The notes: generated by a model not told the origin, from the sequence alone. A stretch of 64,000 nt of DNA from Treponemataceae bacterium (GCA_963602825.1 CAVCKO010000013.1:64-64063); one strand, 5' to 3'; shown: positions 48,767-59,096, counted from the stretch's first letter. Made by a program: numbers and translations.

Positions 48767-49984
48767 ATGGACAGCGACGCCAAACTGCAAATCTTGGTCG
48801 AGGCCCTGGCTGCTGCCGGGGCCTCGGCGTTGGCGATTGATGGGCATGGATGCGTCGTGATATCGACCATGGACGATACCGCACTCGAGCAAGATGTCGC
48901 GGCATTTGTTGCCGAGCGCCTGGGGCGCGTGGGCGATGGCGTGCGCCTGGTGATGGGGCATGCTGGAATGCGCCTGAGTCTCACGGTGCGTCCGGTCGCC
49001 AAGGAATACGGCGCGCTTTGGGTGGTCGTGGTCCGCGAGGTCCACGGCGCGGCGGCACATGCGGCTATTGAGTGGCTCAACGCCGATGAGGTCGAGGCGC
49101 GCTACGAGGCAAGCACGTACGGCATTGTCGAGGGCGCCGCTGCGGTCGCCGGTCCCGTCTGCGAAAGCTATGCCCACGGCGTGCCCCTTATGCTGGAGGG
49201 CGAGCTGGGTGCCGGCCAGTCCGAGATTGCAAAACGCCTCTATCTGGATGGGCCGTTCGCTGACGAGCCCTTTGTGTCCGTGGCGCTCGATGAGCTCACG
49301 GACCGCGGCTGGCGCCATCTACTCAAGAGTTCAGAATCGCCGCTGTTTCAAACGGGGCTGACTCTATGCATCGGCGGCTGGCATGCCCTTCCGCCCCAGC
49401 GCCTGCGCGAGCTTGTCTCTACGATGACCGATACGGCGCTGGCTGCGCGTTGCCGTGTGGTGCTGACGGCAAACGACATGCCGGGCGGCGGCGAAAGCGA
49501 CCAGGCCGCCTTTGTGACCGAGCGCCTGGCCTGCGCGGTAAGCGTGGCACCGGCGATCGCCGAGCAGGGCGGCGCATCGAAAAAGGTCACGCGGTATCTG
49601 TCATACCTGGCGGATATCTTTGAAACTGCCGCCCCGACCATGTCCGAGGAGGCGGCCTCGACGTTCAATGCCTATCGCTGGCCTCGCAACTATCTGCAGC
49701 TTCGCGAGGTTTCGGAACGACTCTATATATTAGTAGGGTCGGGTGTGGCGGAACGCACGGTGGCGGAAGAGGTGCTCGCCCAGGAGGACGTCATCAAGAC
49801 CGCAACCTTTGGAGCCCCAACGCTCGACAGCGACTTGTATATCTTGCGCCCGCTTGCCGATACCGAGCGCGACATTGCGCGACTGGTCGTAGACCACCTT
49901 CAGGGCAACCGGACCCGTGCTGCCGAGGTGCTGGGCATAAGCCGCACGACCCTGTGGCGCTTGCTGAAGGACGGTGACCGTTAG
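48767..49984 (+). CDS. Degenerate NtrC/PrpR-like AAA+ regulator with Fis-type HTH
   Basis: EGELGAGQS, PFVSV, YRWPRNYLQL, GNRTRAAEVLGISRTTLWR. Confidence 0.8.
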   Translation: MDSDAKLQILVEALAAAGASALAIDGHGCVVISTMDDTALEQDVAAFVAERLGRVGDGVRLVMGHAGMRLSLTVRPVAKEYGALWVVVVREVHGAAAHAAIEWLNADEVEARYEASTYGIVEGAAAVAGPVCESYAHGVPLMLEGELGAGQSEIAKRLYLDGPFADEPFVSVALDELTDRGWRHLLKSSESPLFQTGLTLCIGGWHALPPQRLRELVSTMTDTALAARCRVVLTANDMPGGGESDQAAFVTERLACAVSVAPAIAEQGGASKKVTRYLSYLADIFETAAPTMSEEAASTFNAYRWPRNYLQLREVSERLYILVGSGVAERTVAEEVLAQEDVIKTATFGAPTLDSDLYILRPLADTERDIARLVVDHLQGNRTRAAEVLGISRTTLWRLLKDGDR

Positions 49985-50068
49985 GCGAGGTGCCCGTGAC
50001 CGCATGCGACGTGTGTGCTACAGTCCAAAGCAGTAATGTTTCGATTGTGTTACGGCGTGCGGGGGCGT

Positions 50069-50659
50069 ATGGCGGAGACTTCAAAACCAAACCGGACCAG
50101 ACGGGGCACGGCTCCGGTCAACCGCCGCACGACGTCCCGGACGTGGGGCAAACACGCGTCGGGATTCGACGGATCGTTCAAGCGCACCAAATACGGCTAC
50201 CCTTCGGCAAGTGCCCGCCTGGCCATGCAGGCCGAGTCGTCGCTGTGGAGGCGCAAGCGCGTGGTGGGCTCTAAGCTTAAGCACGACGGAACGCTGGGCT
50301 ATATCAGCCGCGGCGCGGCTCGCCGCAGCGGGCTCAATCCGGCGGGATGGCATCGCTATGTACCTATTGCGGTTGTCGTCGCCATCATTGTGATCGCGCT
50401 CGCGGCGCTCGGCTACGCTGGCGGCGGGGTCGATTTGAGCGCGATGCTCAAGTCTGCCGAGCTCGCGCATCCCGGTACGGAGCTTGTCAAGGGCGCTCAG
50501 GCCCAGACGGGCGTGGCGCCTCAGCGCGGTATCGTTGCCGCTGCCGCAACGATCGCCGATGCCCAAAAGGATGAGGGCGAGAATGGTGACAACGAAGCAA
50601 GCGAAACAACCACGAATGGCGTGAGCTCACAGGTCACGACAGCGACACAAGGCCAATAA
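50069..50659 (+). CDS. Hypothetical single-pass membrane protein
   Basis: Basic N-terminus, one TM (IAVVVAIIVIALAALG), acidic C-terminus. Confidence 0.55.
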   Translation: MAETSKPNRTRRGTAPVNRRTTSRTWGKHASGFDGSFKRTKYGYPSASARLAMQAESSLWRRKRVVGSKLKHDGTLGYISRGAARRSGLNPAGWHRYVPIAVVVAIIVIALAALGYAGGGVDLSAMLKSAELAHPGTELVKGAQAQTGVAPQRGIVAAAATIADAQKDEGENGDNEASETTTNGVSSQVTTATQGQ

Positions 50660-50819
50660 GTCACAGAACCATCACACTAAGTCGCTGTTTGGGGACAATG
50701 AGTGAGCAAAAAAGCAGCTCTGTTGTTTCATATAGAACTCATGAGTCACAATTTACAAAAAAGGGCTATACAACTAGGCACTTAAAGGTCCACAAGCTGC
50801 AAGTTGAGGAGTACCTAAC

Positions 50820-51383
50820 ATGAAGAAGAGATTCATGGCAGCACTGAGCGTTCTCGCTCTTGCCCTGGCTCTGCCCGTGGCTGCTTTCGCCGCCCCGAGC
50901 CCTGCCAACACCACCGCCACCGGCGCCAACAACGTGACCGCAAGCGTTAATAACGCTAACGTCAAGGTTGTTTCCACCACCAAGAACGCCGAGGGCACCC
51001 CCGCCGGCGCCAACGTGGTCGCCTCCTTCGAGATCACCGAGACCGTGGCCGGCACCGTTTCCGAGTCCAACCCGCTGACCGTCACCTTCACCCTTGGCAA
51101 GGCTTACGCCAACGCTAAGGTTACCGTCTATGTCCAGCACAACGACGGTTCCAAGGAGACCCTGAACCTGACCGCCGACAACAACGGCAACGTCACCTTC
51201 AAGGTCACCAAGCTCTCCACCTACACCATCGTGGCTGAGAAGACCGCCGCTGGCGCTGCTACCACCGACAACGGTGCCAAGTCCCCGGCTACCGGCGTGA
51301 ACACCACCGCTGTTGCCGCTGTGGCTGCTGTTGCCGCTGCCTGCGCTGCCTGCGCTTTTGTTGCTCTTCGCAAGAACAACTAG
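50820..51383 (+). CDS. Small Thr/Asn/Ala-rich surface protein with SPATG sorting signal
   Basis: Signal peptide ending AFA, KSPATG-hydrophobic-RKNN; highly biased codons; GAGGAG RBS. Confidence 0.85.
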   Translation: MKKRFMAALSVLALALALPVAAFAAPSPANTTATGANNVTASVNNANVKVVSTTKNAEGTPAGANVVASFEITETVAGTVSESNPLTVTFTLGKAYANAKVTVYVQHNDGSKETLNLTADNNGNVTFKVTKLSTYTIVAEKTAAGAATTDNGAKSPATGVNTTAVAAVAAVAAACAACAFVALRKNN

Positions 51384-51412
51384 CACGCATACGGTTTCAA
51401 CCGTAAGATTTG

Positions 51413-51441
51413 AGGACCCGTACTTGTGCGGGTCCTTTTTT
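51413..51441 (+). terminator. Terminator between the substrate gene and sortase
   Basis: AGGACCCG...CGGGTCCTTTTTT. Confidence 0.75.
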
Positions 51442-51468
51442 GACCGATTAACAGGGTGAGGAAATACC

Positions 51469-52287
51469 ATGGCAGAGCAGCCGCAGGGCAAGCATATGAA
51501 AGCTAAGCATGTGGACGACTCGGGCAAAAAGCGTCGCGCCACGATACTCAAGGGCGTTATTGCCGTGCTGTTGCTGGTCGCGGTCGGTTGCGGCGGCTAC
51601 GTGCTCTACATGAACCATCTGGAGCAGCAACGTGCCGAGGAGATGAGCGCGACGGGTAAGCCCGCCACCAAGGTCGAATCGAAGGGTAAAGAACTGCCCG
51701 ATAATCCCATCGACTTCGCTCCGCTTATTCAAGAGAACGCTGACATTTATGCGTGGCTCTACATTCCGGGTACGGATATCAACACGCCCTTGCTGCAGAG
51801 CACGACGGACGACCTGTTCTATCTGGACCACGACAAGGACGGCAAGTACGACCCCTACGGCACCGCGTTTAGCCAGATGGTCAATGCGCGCGACTTTAGC
51901 GATCCTGTCACGGTGATTTACGGTCATGTGAACGGCGGCGTGTTCCATAACTTGCATAACTTTGAGGATGCGGACTTCTTTAACGAGAACACCGAGTTCT
52001 ATATCTACACGCCCGGCCATATTCTGACGTACAAGATTGTCTCGGCCTATCAATATGACGACCGTCACATTCTCAACTCGTTTAACTTTGCCGATCCTAC
52101 GGTTCGCCAGGACTACTTTAATTCGGTCTGTAATCCGGACGCATTGCTCAAAAATGTACGTGACGGCGTGACACTTGATGCAGATAGTAAGATTGTGCAG
52201 TTGAGCACCTGCATGCTCGATAGCTCGCAGGGCAACTCGCGCTATATTGTTAGCGGTGTGTTAACAAGCGACCAGGAGACAAAATAG
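51469..52287 (+). CDS. Class B sortase
   Basis: N-terminal TM, NADIYAWLYIPGTDINTP, IYGH, QLSTC, RYIV. Confidence 0.9.
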   Translation: MAEQPQGKHMKAKHVDDSGKKRRATILKGVIAVLLLVAVGCGGYVLYMNHLEQQRAEEMSATGKPATKVESKGKELPDNPIDFAPLIQENADIYAWLYIPGTDINTPLLQSTTDDLFYLDHDKDGKYDPYGTAFSQMVNARDFSDPVTVIYGHVNGGVFHNLHNFEDADFFNENTEFYIYTPGHILTYKIVSAYQYDDRHILNSFNFADPTVRQDYFNSVCNPDALLKNVRDGVTLDADSKIVQLSTCMLDSSQGNSRYIVSGVLTSDQETK

Positions 52288-52289
52288 TC

Positions 52290-53567
52290 ATGAACCCCCG
52301 TGGCAAGCACTTTATCGATGCGGTGGATCCCGACGAAAATCAAGTAAACAATCCCGAGCAGCCTACTCAGGATGTGGCGGAGGCTGTCGAGCCTCAATGG
52401 GAGACCAAAGGCACTCCGACGCCTCAACCTGACGAAAAATCCCAGAGCAAGGCCGAGGCTCCGTCCGACGCATCGGCAAAGACCGATGAAGCTGCGGCGC
52501 AGCCTGTTGATGAGGCAGAGTGGCCTTCGCTTGATGAGGCGGCCCCGCAGCGCCGTCGACGTTCCAAGGAGTCGATTAAGCGCATGAAGCGCCGTCGTCG
52601 TATCCGCACGCTGGTAATCGTGCTGCTTGTGATTGGTGCGATTGCCGCTGCTGGCTGGGGTTTCGTAAACCACAGCGTGAACCAGGGCAAAAAGAAGATT
52701 GAGGAAAAGACCGAAAAGGTCATTAAAGCCAAGGGCGATACCATTACCTATAACGGCAAGAAGTATGCGCTCAACAAGCATATGGCCACGGTGGCGTTTA
52801 TCAGCTTTGACGGCCGCAATAACGATGACGGAACCCAAAAGGGCCAGTCCGATACCGTTATGGTCGTAGCGCTCAACACCGATACGGGCGAAGCCCGCGG
52901 CATTATCATTCCGCGCGACAGTATGGTGCCCGTGGATACGTATTCCAACGGATCGTTTTCCGGTCAGGTGACCGAGCAGCTGTGCTTGCAATTTGCCTAT
53001 GGCACCGATGGCGACAACTCATCGGCGCTGACGGCCGCTGCTGCTTCGCGTGTGCTCGATAATATCCCGGTAGATTACTACTACACGCTCAATATTGAGG
53101 GCGTGGCTCCCATTAATGACTCCATCGGCGGCGTGACGCTGGTGCCTACACAGACCGTGCCGGGCACGTCGGTTGTCGAGGGCCAGGAGACCACGCTGTT
53201 TGGTACAACAGCGGAAAAGTACGTGCAGTGGCGCGATACGACGAATTTGACATCTTCGCTGGATCGTACGGCGCGCCAGGTGAGCTACGTGCAGGCGTTC
53301 GCATCTAAGGTGCTCAACAGCGCCAAGAGCAACCCTGCCATACTCATTAACTTGTATCAGACCATGGGCGACTACACGTGGACCAATCTGGGCCTCGATG
53401 AGTTTAGCTATCTGGCAACCACGATGCTTGAGCACGGCCTAACTTCGTTTGACGTGGTGACGCTTCAGGGTACCATGCAGCAGGGCGACACCTTCGCCGA
53501 GTTCTACCTGGACCAGGACAACGTAAAGCAAACGGTCGTCGATACTTTCTATCATCCAGCCGATTAG
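52290..53567 (+). CDS. LytR-CpsA-Psr (LCP) family protein
   Basis: TM, GQSDTVMV, IPRDSMV, DSIGGV, YVQWR, DRTARQ. Confidence 0.9.
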   Translation: MNPRGKHFIDAVDPDENQVNNPEQPTQDVAEAVEPQWETKGTPTPQPDEKSQSKAEAPSDASAKTDEAAAQPVDEAEWPSLDEAAPQRRRRSKESIKRMKRRRRIRTLVIVLLVIGAIAAAGWGFVNHSVNQGKKKIEEKTEKVIKAKGDTITYNGKKYALNKHMATVAFISFDGRNNDDGTQKGQSDTVMVVALNTDTGEARGIIIPRDSMVPVDTYSNGSFSGQVTEQLCLQFAYGTDGDNSSALTAAAASRVLDNIPVDYYYTLNIEGVAPINDSIGGVTLVPTQTVPGTSVVEGQETTLFGTTAEKYVQWRDTTNLTSSLDRTARQVSYVQAFASKVLNSAKSNPAILINLYQTMGDYTWTNLGLDEFSYLATTMLEHGLTSFDVVTLQGTMQQGDTFAEFYLDQDNVKQTVVDTFYHPAD

Positions 53568-53570
53568 GAA

Positions 53571-53598
53571 GTTCCGCCGTTCGTTAGAACGGCGGAAC
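53571..53598. terminator. Hairpin between convergent LCP and nitroreductase genes
   Basis: GTTCCGCCGTTC-gtta-GAACGGCGGAAC. Confidence 0.65.
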
Positions 53599-54111
53599 AT
53601 ACACTACGTTGTCGCGGCGCGGCTTTGCTTCGGGGAGCGTGCCTTCGGCGTAGCCCAAGATGCAGTTGCCCACGCCGCGCAGGCTGCCGTCGGCGGGCAG
53701 GCCCCAGCTGGCCAGCAGCTCCAAGCCCTCGGGCGAGTCAAAGACCTCGTGGGCGCGGTGGATCCAGCACGAATCGACACCCAATGCACAGGCGGCGTTA
53801 AGCAGGTTGCCCATGGCGAGCGAGCCATCTTCCACATGTGTGGGCACGCTGCGGTCGACCAGCACTACGACAACGGTCTTGGCGCCGTAGAAGGGATCGC
53901 CGTCGCTGCCCATGACCTGGGCGTTGAGCTGCGAGAGGCGCTCGACGGTCGCCGGATCGGTAACGGCGACAAATGTCACCGGCTGGCGCCCCATGCCACT
54001 GGGTGCGTACTGTCCGGCCTCGATAATGCGTGCAAGCTTTTCGGCCTCGACGGGACGATTGCTGTATTTGCGGCAGCTGCGGCGATGGATGAGCGCTTCG
54101 ATGGTCTCCAT
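53584..54111 (-). CDS. Nitroreductase family protein
   Basis: RRSCRKY, APSGMGRQP, LGVDSCWI, LGY; AGGAGG RBS before METIE. Confidence 0.9.
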   Translation of the reverse strand: METIEALIHRRSCRKYSNRPVEAEKLARIIEAGQYAPSGMGRQPVTFVAVTDPATVERLSQLNAQVMGSDGDPFYGAKTVVVVLVDRSVPTHVEDGSLAMGNLLNAACALGVDSCWIHRAHEVFDSPEGLELLASWGLPADGSLRGVGNCILGYAEGTLPEAKPRRDNVVYVPPF

Positions 54112-54401
54112 GTGTCCTCCTGACGTTGGTTTTAGATGCCCCGTTCTTACCCGTCGAGCCAAAACTGTAATCGCGCGTGATATTCAAAAAGTGATAGTTA
54201 CCAATAGAATAGTTGGTTTGCATAAAACAGCAGACAGAATGTGACAAACCGGTGGGATGATTAAACGTTTTATCCCGTCTACCCTGCGGTTTTTTACCAC
54301 TTGCCTAAATGATGCGCGCATAAGCTCTGATAAAGGTTTTACTAAAGGAGTATCAACGTTTATCAATGCGCCATGGTGGCGCCGGGCCAGGAGGTAACAT
54401 C

Positions 54402-54692
54402 ATGTTCCAGGCTGGAGATGTCGTCGAGACCGACTTCGAAGGATTTCTGAAGCTGCTGCGTTCCAAGACGCGCGCTTTTGTGACGATCGACGATCACGAG
54501 TACTACATCACGCACACCGATGGCTATTGGCGTGTTCAGGATTGCGAGGCCCTCAACGATAAGGGCCACTTTACTGACTGCTCCGAGCTGGTCAACACGG
54601 TCTGCGAGGTTGTCGAGCTGCCTTGGATCTGCGGCAAGAGCCTGCACGATAGTTTCTCGGGTGCTACGGTCTACGAGGCCGTCGCCGCCTAG
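54402..54692 (+). CDS. Small hypothetical protein (96 aa)
   Basis: AGGAGG RBS, coding-like codon bias, own terminator. Confidence 0.75.
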   Translation: MFQAGDVVETDFEGFLKLLRSKTRAFVTIDDHEYYITHTDGYWRVQDCEALNDKGHFTDCSELVNTVCEVVELPWICGKSLHDSFSGATVYEAVAA

Positions 54693-54718
54693 CAGCCAAC
54701 AGTCGATTTTCTCTCGTG

Positions 54719-54754
54719 ACCGCCGGCGCCGCCCCCGCGCCGGCGGTCTTTTTT
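54719..54754 (+). terminator. Terminator
   Basis: GACCGCCGGCGC...GCGCCGGCGGTCTTTTTT. Confidence 0.8.
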
Positions 54755-54802
54755 GTCGATATGTTGTATAGGTCTCGCGTCTTGCACGGCCGCCCTTGAC
54801 GA

Positions 54803-54853
54803 TAGTCAAAACTCGGACTAATCTGAAACCTCAATTAGTCAAAACTCGGACTA
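54803..54853 (+). promoter_or_regulatory. Two identical palindromic operators (likely MarR autoregulation)
   Basis: TAGTCAAAACTCGGACTA at 54803-54820 and 54836-54853, next to a TTGACG -35-like hexamer. Confidence 0.75.
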
Positions 54854-54869
54854 TCGAATGGTGGGAGAG

Positions 54870-55370
54870 ATGAACAACGCAGTTAGCCCGGTTGATTTCG
54901 ACCGGATGCTCAACGGGCTTGACCGCATCTATTCGGAGTTCGCGCGCACCTGCGGTCTTTCGGACTGCGCCTACTGGATGCTCGTCGACACCAGCGCGGC
55001 GGGCGGAAGCGTTGCCGTGAGTCGATTGACGAGCGAATGGTTCTACAGCAAACAGACCATCAACTCGGCAATTAAGACCCTGACGGCGCGTGGGCTTGCG
55101 ACGCTGGAATTCGCCGAAGGCAGTCGCAAGAACAAGGTCGTTTGCCTGACCAAAGAAGGCGTGCAGTTTGCTAAGTGCTACGCGTTGCCGGCGCAAAAAG
55201 CCGAGCAACAGGCATTCGAGGCGCTCGAGCCATGGGAGCAGCGCGAGATCATGCGCTTGGTCGGTAAGTTCTCCCATGTTCTTAACGAGGAGTGCGAGGC
55301 GTTTAAGCGGCAACTAGCCGCCGAGAACGAGGCTGACGATAAGGGTGAGGGGGAGACATGCGACTCTTAA
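54870..55370 (+). CDS. MarR-family regulator
   Basis: GLSDCAYWML, SKQTINSAIKTLTARGL, RKNKVVCLTKEG. Confidence 0.88.
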   Translation: MNNAVSPVDFDRMLNGLDRIYSEFARTCGLSDCAYWMLVDTSAAGGSVAVSRLTSEWFYSKQTINSAIKTLTARGLATLEFAEGSRKNKVVCLTKEGVQFAKCYALPAQKAEQQAFEALEPWEQREIMRLVGKFSHVLNEECEAFKRQLAAENEADDKGEGETCDS

Positions 55371-57094
55371 TGAGGTTTATGAGGCCGTACCGCGGTCTGA
55401 TCGCGGTGACGCTGCTGGTGCTGCTGATAGACAACGTCGGCACGCTGCTGGTGCCCACGATGTTGGCGAACATGGTCAACACGGGCATCACGACGGGCGA
55501 CGTCGATTACATCTTGCGCAACGGCCTGTATATGCTCATCGCGACCGGCATGGCCAGCGGCGGCGCGGTGCTGGGCTGCTATCTTTCGGCCCGTCTGGCG
55601 GCCAATGTTGCCTGCGACATTCGCAATGCCGTCTACGACAAGTCGCTCGAGCTGTCCGCCAGCGATTTTGAGCGCTTTGGCACCGGATCGATGATCACAC
55701 GCTCGCTCAACGACATCAACGTGATCCAGCAGGCGATTCTGCAGACGATTCAGCTGGTGCTGCCCGTGCCGTTTTTGGCTGTGGCGGGTATCATCTTTGC
55801 CTGGTTTATCGACCCGGCTATGGGCACGCTGCTGGGCGTGGTCGTTGCGATCGTGCTGGTGGCGGCGGTCTTTACCGTGGCCAATGCAGCGCCGATCTTT
55901 ATGCGCCTGCAGAGCTTTATCGACCGCATGAACGTGGTGCTGCGCGAGAACATCGTGGGCGTGCGCATCATTCGCGCATTTAACAAGGAACGCCACGAGG
56001 AGCAGCGCCTGGACGAGGTGTTTAGCGATTACGCGGCCAACGCCATCAAGGTCAACCACCTGTTTGTGGGCCTCGACAGCTCCAGCTTCTTTTTGATGAA
56101 CATCGCCGAGGTGGCGGTGCTGTGGGTGGGCGGCAACCGCGTGGGCGTCCATGCCATGCAAATCGGCAGCATTTCGGCCGTGTTGGAATACGCGATCCTG
56201 ATTCTTTTCTTTGTGATGATGGCGCAGATGGTGATTCTGACGCTTCCGCGCGCCGCGGCGTGCCTCAACCGTGCGCAGCAGGTGCTCGAAATCGAGCCGA
56301 GCATTGTGGACGGCAAGGCTACGCTGGGCGACGGGGCGCCTGAGTCCGCAGATGGGGCCGACGCGGTTGCCGTGTTCGACCATATGTCGTTCCGTTTTGA
56401 CGATGCCGATGAGGACACCCTGTGCGACCTGAGCTTTGCCTGTCGCCGTGGCCAGACCACGGCGATTGTAGGCTCGACGGGTTCGGGCAAGTCGACGGTG
56501 GCCAAGCTCTTGTTGCGTTTCCACGATGCCACGAAGGGCGCCATTCGCCTGAACGGCGTCGATCTGCGCGACCTTTCGCAAAGTGAGATTCGCGGGCATA
56601 TCGCTTACGTGCCGCAGAAGGCATGGCTGTTCTCGGGTACGGTGGCGAGCAACCTGCGCTTTGGCAACGAAGACGCGACCGAGGCTGACATGCTCCATGC
56701 GCTGGAGATTGCCCAGAGCACCTTTGTACTCGACCAGCCGCAGGGACTCGATACGCCGGTATCCCAGGGCGGTACGAACTTCTCGGGCGGTCAGCGTCAG
56801 CGCCTGGCGATCGCCCGCGCACTCATGAAGCATGCCGATCTATATATCTTCGATGACAGTTTTTCGGCCCTGGACTTTAAGACCGATGCCGCCCTGCGCC
56901 ATGCGCTGCAGGACGAGACGCGCGATGCCGCGGTGCTCATCATCGCGCAGCGTATCTCGACCATTCTGCATGCCGACCAGATCGTGGTGCTCAAGGATGG
57001 CGAGGTCGTGGGCCTAGGCACGCACGACGAGCTCATGGAAACCTGCGAGGTGTACCGCGCAATCGCGGAATCGCAGATGAAGGGAGGTGGGTAG
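55358..57094 (+). CDS. Heterodimeric ABC multidrug exporter subunit 1 (TMD+NBD)
   Basis: Six TM segments, GSTGSGKST, FSGGQRQR, FDDSFSALD and AQR degenerate site. Confidence 0.93.
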   Translation: MRLLMRFMRPYRGLIAVTLLVLLIDNVGTLLVPTMLANMVNTGITTGDVDYILRNGLYMLIATGMASGGAVLGCYLSARLAANVACDIRNAVYDKSLELSASDFERFGTGSMITRSLNDINVIQQAILQTIQLVLPVPFLAVAGIIFAWFIDPAMGTLLGVVVAIVLVAAVFTVANAAPIFMRLQSFIDRMNVVLRENIVGVRIIRAFNKERHEEQRLDEVFSDYAANAIKVNHLFVGLDSSSFFLMNIAEVAVLWVGGNRVGVHAMQIGSISAVLEYAILILFFVMMAQMVILTLPRAAACLNRAQQVLEIEPSIVDGKATLGDGAPESADGADAVAVFDHMSFRFDDADEDTLCDLSFACRRGQTTAIVGSTGSGKSTVAKLLLRFHDATKGAIRLNGVDLRDLSQSEIRGHIAYVPQKAWLFSGTVASNLRFGNEDATEADMLHALEIAQSTFVLDQPQGLDTPVSQGGTNFSGGQRQRLAIARALMKHADLYIFDDSFSALDFKTDAALRHALQDETRDAAVLIIAQRISTILHADQIVVLKDGEVVGLGTHDELMETCEVYRAIAESQMKGGG

Positions 57095-57095
57095 C

Positions 57096-59096
57096 ATGAC
57101 CGAGGAGCTCAAAAAGCAGGGCATCGCCGATGGTGCCGCGGTTGCAGGGACAGTCGAGGGGACGGGCGTCGCGCCCGACCTGGACGAAGCCGCCAAGGCG
57201 GCGGAGCGCGAGGCTCGCCGCCAGGCACTCTACGAGGAAAACGAGCGCGCCGAGGACGAGCGCGCCCGCGCCGAGGCGGAGCGCATGCGCGACGTTGACG
57301 ACGAGGACGAGGACGAAACGCCCCGCGACACCTGGGCGACGGTGCGCCGCCTGTGGAGCGAGGCCGCCGGCGACCATTGGCGCTTCTACATCGTGTTCGC
57401 GAGCATCGTGTTCTATGTCATTTTTAACACCGCGGCGCCGGCTTACAGCGCCCGCGTGATCGATGAGCTGTGGGGGCATATGAAGCTGGCGTTTGCCAAC
57501 AACGCCACCTTCAGCATTACCTGGGAGAACTGCGGCAGGACCATCTTCATCTACTTTATGATCTGGACCGCCGCTGCCTCGTTCTACGCACTCCAGAGCT
57601 TTTTGATGTCGAGCGTTGCCGAGCGCCTCAACCTGCGCCTACGCAACCGCATCGCGCAAAAGCTCAACCGTCTGCCGCTTGCCTACTTTGACGCGCATCG
57701 TCCCGGCGAGGTCGTGAGCCGTGCGACCAACGACCTGGACAAGATGTCCGAGAGCATGCAGCGCGGTCTGCTGCAGCTGCTGGTATCGATCGGTACCGTG
57801 GTGGGCGCCGTGAGCGTGATGTTCGTGTTTAGTGTGCCGCTCACGCTTGTATTTTTGTTCTTTACGGCGCTTTCGCTGCTGGTGACGAAGGTCGTTTCGC
57901 GCCGCACGCACGATGTGACGGGCGAGCGCCAGGAGTGGGTGTCCAAGATTACGAGCGCGGTCGAGGAAGGCTACTCGGGCCGTCTGGTAATCCGTGCGTT
58001 TAACCGCGAGCGCCAGAGCTCTGCCGAGGTGCACGAGGCTTCGAAGGAGCTGGCGCGCGTGAGCACCAAGGCCGACTTTATGATTAACGCCGTCGGTCCC
58101 GCAGTGCGCTTTATCGGCCGCTTGGCGCAAATCGTGATTGCGCTTGTGGGCTGCAGCATGTTGGTTGCCGGGCATATGACCGTCGGCGTGTTCCAGGCGT
58201 TCTTCCAGTTTATCTACGAGGCATCCGAGCCCATGACGCAGCTGTCGTTTACCTTTAACTCGCTGCAGAGCGCGCTGGCGAGCGCCGAGCGCGTGTTCGA
58301 CCTGCTCGACGAGCCCGAGATGGAAGCCGATCCGTTGCCGGCTGCCGCCGCCAAGCTGCCGGGCAAGGTGGAGGGCCGTGTTGCCTTTGAACACGTGCGT
58401 TTTGGCTATGCGCCCGACAAGCCGCTCATGCGCGACGTGTCGTTTGCCGCCGAGCCAGGCCAAAAGATCGCGGTGGTGGGAACCACGGGCGCGGGCAAGA
58501 CCACGCTCATCAATCTGCTCATGCGCTTCTACGAGATCGACGGTGGTCGCATTACCCTTGACGGTGTGGACACGAGCCGCATGGATCGCGGCGAGCTGCG
58601 CCAGCAGTTTGGCATGGTGTTGCAGGACGCCTGGCTGTTCGATGGCACCATTGCCGAGAACATCGCCTACGGCTGTCCCGAGGCAACGCGTGAGGAGATT
58701 GTCGCGGCCGCACGTGCCGCTCAGGTCGACTTCTTTGTGCGCACTATGCCGCAGGGCTACGACACGCGTGTGGCTAACGATGCCGAGAGCATCAGCCAAG
58801 GCCAACGTCAGCTGCTGACCATCGCGCGCGTGCTGCTCAACAACCCGGCGATCCTCATCCTGGACGAGGCGACGTCGAGCGTGGACACGCGCACCGAGCT
58901 CGCCATCGGCCGTGCTATGGATGCGCTCATGCGCGGGCGCACGAGCTTTGTGATCGCGCATCGCTTGTCGACGATCGTGGATGCCGACCTGATCCTGGTT
59001 ATGGACCACGGCAACATTATCGAGCAGGGTACGCACAAGGAGCTGCTGGCTGCCGAGGGCGCCTATGCCGACCTCTACCTAAGCCAGTTCGCATAA
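57096..59096 (+). CDS. Heterodimeric ABC multidrug exporter subunit 2 (TMD+NBD)
   Basis: GTTGAGKTT, ISQGQRQ, LDEATSSVD, AHRLST. Confidence 0.93.
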   Translation: MTEELKKQGIADGAAVAGTVEGTGVAPDLDEAAKAAEREARRQALYEENERAEDERARAEAERMRDVDDEDEDETPRDTWATVRRLWSEAAGDHWRFYIVFASIVFYVIFNTAAPAYSARVIDELWGHMKLAFANNATFSITWENCGRTIFIYFMIWTAAASFYALQSFLMSSVAERLNLRLRNRIAQKLNRLPLAYFDAHRPGEVVSRATNDLDKMSESMQRGLLQLLVSIGTVVGAVSVMFVFSVPLTLVFLFFTALSLLVTKVVSRRTHDVTGERQEWVSKITSAVEEGYSGRLVIRAFNRERQSSAEVHEASKELARVSTKADFMINAVGPAVRFIGRLAQIVIALVGCSMLVAGHMTVGVFQAFFQFIYEASEPMTQLSFTFNSLQSALASAERVFDLLDEPEMEADPLPAAAAKLPGKVEGRVAFEHVRFGYAPDKPLMRDVSFAAEPGQKIAVVGTTGAGKTTLINLLMRFYEIDGGRITLDGVDTSRMDRGELRQQFGMVLQDAWLFDGTIAENIAYGCPEATREEIVAAARAAQVDFFVRTMPQGYDTRVANDAESISQGQRQLLTIARVLLNNPAILILDEATSSVDTRTELAIGRAMDALMRGRTSFVIAHRLSTIVDADLILVMDHGNIIEQGTHKELLAAEGAYADLYLSQFA

